Assembly (NCBI GenBank): GCA_038087875.1
Contig: JAXLNO010000118.1
Span: forward strand, 1-64,000
DNA length: 64,000 bases
Source: Malacoraja senta
Lineage: Eukaryota
Direction: 5' to 3'
Shown: positions 61,150 to 64,000 of the stretch, piece by piece
Numbering within the stretch: the stretch's first letter is position 1
Layout: the number at the start of each line of letters is the position of its first letter
Notes under the pieces: model-generated
Told to the model about the DNA's origin: nothing
Databases searched by the model: none
The model's input: the letters and a program-made list of their open reading frames with translations, nothing else
Made by a program: the position numbers and the translations under genes

Positions 61150-62052
61150 GCAAGTGAGGTTGCTTTTAAAATGTAAAGGCAAGTGCGTTTGGTTTGAAAA
61201 TGCAAAGGCAAGTGCGGTTGCTTTGAAATTGCAATGGCAAGTGCGGTTGCTTTGAAAATGCATAGGCAAGTGATTCAAAGTCAAGTCTTGACCACTTCCT
61301 GTTTGCACTGTATATTGGTTTTAGAAAAATCACTTCCACTCACGGCTTCGATTTTTGGCCATATTACTCAGTCCCCCTCCAGCTGTCAGGGCCATAGATG
61401 AAAAATATAAAACTTATAAATGTTTAAATAATGTTGAAATGCTCTCTCCTGTCAATCATGCCATGGAGGACACGCCCCATCCGGTGGGAGGGGGGGACTA
61501 TAAACCCGGAAGTGTGGAATTGCCGCAGTCGCTGCAAGATGAGGGAGGGAGAGTTCACGACTCTCAGTCTGAGCAGTGAATAAACTGATCACTGAACACA
61601 TGTCCCCTAAACTGTGAGTGTGGTTTTATGTGCTTTTATGTGGTTTATTTGGAACTGTGTTTGGAAGGAATAAATGTTTTTACGTGCCTTTTGAATGTGC
61701 CGCTAATTTAAAAGTGTGCCTTTTGACTGTGCCGCTAATTGAAAAGAGTGCCTTTTGACGGTGTCGCTAATTGAAAAGTGCGCCTCTTGACTGTGCCGCT
61801 AATTGAAAAGTGTGCCTTTTGACGTTGCCGCTATTTGAAAACTGTGCCTTTTGACTGTGCCGCTAAGCTGTGCCTATATTTTAAAATGTGATTTGCTTTA
61901 TAAATGTGGCTTGCGTTTTAATGTGGCTTGCGTTTTAAATGTGGCTTGCTGTGCAACCGTTTTTGGAAGGAAAAACAGTGAATAAACGTTTTATTAGATC
62001 AGGACTGTGTTTAATGCTAAATTCCCGCAAAATTGCCGCTCATTCCGCTCAT
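61150..62052 (+). repeat. Embedded module, copy 5 (= copy 2 + 7702)
   Basis: Shares copy-2 variants and the CATTCCGCTCATTGC right junction. Confidence 0.9.
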
Positions 62053-64000
62053 TGCTTTGAAAATACAAAACGTGGTTTGATTTGAAAATGCAAAAACTGG
62101 CTTGCTTTTAATATGCAAATGGTGGTTTGCTTTTAAAAATGCAAAAGGTGGTTTGCTGGTTTGCATTGAAAATGCAAAAGCTGCTTTTTAATGGAAATGC
62201 AAATGGTGGATTGCTTTGAAAATGCAAAAGATGGTATGCTTTGAAAATGCAAAAGGTGGTTTGCTTTGAAAATGCAAAAGGTGGCTTGCTTTGAATATGA
62301 AAAAGCTGGTTTGCTTTGAAAATGCTAAAGGTTTGCTTTGAAAATGCAAAGGGTTTACTTTGAAAATGCAAAAGGTTTGCTTTGAAAATGCAAATAATGG
62401 TTTGCTTTGAAGGATAAATGGTGGTTTGCTATGAAAATGCAAGTGGTGGTTTGCTTTGAAAATGCAAAAGGTGGTTTGCTTTAAAAATGCAGTAGATGGT
62501 TTGCTTTGAAAATGAAAAAGGTGGGTTGCATTGAAAATGCAAAAGGTGGTTTGCTTTGAAAATGCAAAAAGGTTTGATTTTATAATGCAGTAGATGGTTT
62601 GCTTGAAAATGGAAAAGGTGGTTTGCTTTGAAAATGCAAAAGATGGTTTGCTTTGAAATTGCAAAAAATTGGTTTGCTTTGAAAATGCAAAATGTGGTTT
62701 GCTTTGAAAATACAAAACGTGGTTTGATTTGAAAATGCAAAAAGTGGCTTGCTTTTAATATGCAAATGGTGGTTTGCTTTGAAAATGCAAAAGGTGGTTT
62801 GCTTTTAAAATATAAAAGGTGGTTTGCTTTGAAAATGCAAAAGGTGGCTTGCTTTTAATATGCAAAAGATGGTTTGCTTTTAAAATGCAAAATGTGTTTT
62901 GGTTTTAAAATGCAAATGGTGGTTTGGTTTTAAAATGGAAATGTTGGTTTGCTTTGAAAATGCAAATGGTGGTTTGCTTTGAAAATGTAAAAGGTGTTTT
63001 GCTTTGAAAATACAATAGGTGGTTTGGTATAAAAATGCCCCAAAGTGGTTTGTTTTGAAAATGCAAAAGGTGGTTTGCTTTGGAAATGCAAAAGGTCGTT
63101 TGTTTACCAAAATGCAAATTGTCGTTTGCTTTAAGAATGCAAAAGGTGGTTTGCTTTGAAAATGCAAAAGGTGGTTTGCTTTGAAAATACAAAATGTGCT
63201 TTGCTTTGAAAATGCAAAAGGTGATTTGCTTTGAAAATGCAAAGGTGGTTTGCCATGAAAATGCAAAAGGTGGTTTGCTTAGACTAGGTTGTTTGCTTTG
63301 AAAATGCATAAGGTGGCTTGCATTGAAGATGCAAAAGGTTGTTTGCTTTGAAATTGCAAAAAGTGGTTTGCTTTGAAAATGCAAAACGTGGGTTGCTTTG
63401 AAATGCAAAAGGTGGTTTGCTTTGAAAATTCAAAGCGTGGTTTGCTTTGAAAATGCAAAAGGTGGTTTGCTTTGAAAATGCAAAAGGTCGTTTGCTTTGA
63501 AAATGCAAAAGGTGGTTTGCTGTTTGCATTGAAAATGCAAACGGTGTTTTAGTTTGAAAATGGAAAAGGTGGTTTGCTTTGAAGATGCAAAAGGTGATTT
63601 GCTTTGAAAATGCTAAATGTGGTTTGCTTTGAAAATGCAAAAAGTGGTTTGCTTTGAAAATGCAAAAGGTGGTTTGCTGGTTTGCAATGAAAATGCAAAA
63701 GGTGGTTTACTTTGAAGATGCAAAAGGTGGTGGGCTTTGAAAATGCAAAAGGTGATTTGCTTTGAAAATGCAAAAGGTCGTTTGCTTTGAAAGTGCAAAA
63801 GGTAGTTTGCTTTGAAAATGTTAAATGTGGTTTGATTTGAAAATGGAAAAAAGTGGTTTGGTTTGAAAATGCAAAAGGTGGTTTGCTTTGTAAATGCTAT
63901 AAGTGGTTTGCTTTGAAAATGCAAAAGGTGGTTTGCTTTGAAAATGCAAAAGGTGGTTTGGTTTGAAAATGCAAAATGTGGTTTGCTTTGAAAAGGTGGT

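Larger units (their letters stand above)
25322..64000. repeat. 25-bp satellite array, consensus GCTTTGAAAATGCAAAAGGTGGTTT, >38 kb and running off the window
   Basis: Continuous head-to-tail monomers with 22-26-bp variants, in a single orientation. Confidence 0.99.
51103..64000 (+). repeat. Near-exact 7,702-bp higher-order repeat (satellite plus three embedded modules per unit)
   Basis: Identical translations offset by 7702 (51127/58829, 52186/59888, 53653/61355, 55847/63549). Confidence 0.93.

Noticed and set aside
25143..64000. Numerous minus-strand ORFs up to 544 aa (HFQSKPPFAFSKQTTFCIFKANHLL repeats)
   Set aside because: The 25-bp monomer has no stop codon on that strand, so all three frames give the same 25-aa periodic peptide; this is a satellite artefact
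25322..64000. CRISPR-like appearance of short repeats with dyad symmetry
   Set aside because: Monomers are head-to-tail without unique spacers, there are no cas genes, and the context is vertebrate

Overview
Eukaryotic, repeat-dense genomic DNA, most likely from a cartilaginous fish (inferred from a HE1/V-SINE-type SINE and shark/ray-style CR1 tails). No host protein-coding gene can be confidently called. Bases 1-25,320 are a nest of mobile elements: CR1 LINE fragments; a 1.27-kb palindromic non-autonomous ISL2EU/Harbinger-group DNA transposon whose two arms each carry a THAP zinc-finger exon; a 5'-truncated L2/CR1-group (Crack/Daphne-like) LINE inserted in a ~160-bp minisatellite; an RTE-X-like LINE split by a non-coding retroposon; a deleted endogenous retrovirus (LTR, tRNA-Pro PBS, gag, two different integrase C-termini, env) inserted into a Mag-like Ty3/gypsy element that appears to have a self-complementary (self-priming-type) PBS; and several low-complexity tracts. 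Bases ~25,322-64,000 are a 25-bp satellite (GCTTTGAAAATGCAAAAGGTGGTTT) with higher-order duplications of 3,346, ~10,343 and 7,702 bp, one CR1-tail insertion with a matching empty paralogous site, and five copies of a ~750-bp promoter-like module. The many ORFs over the satellite and low-complexity tracts are artefacts. Family assignments come from motif recognition only; no database search was run.
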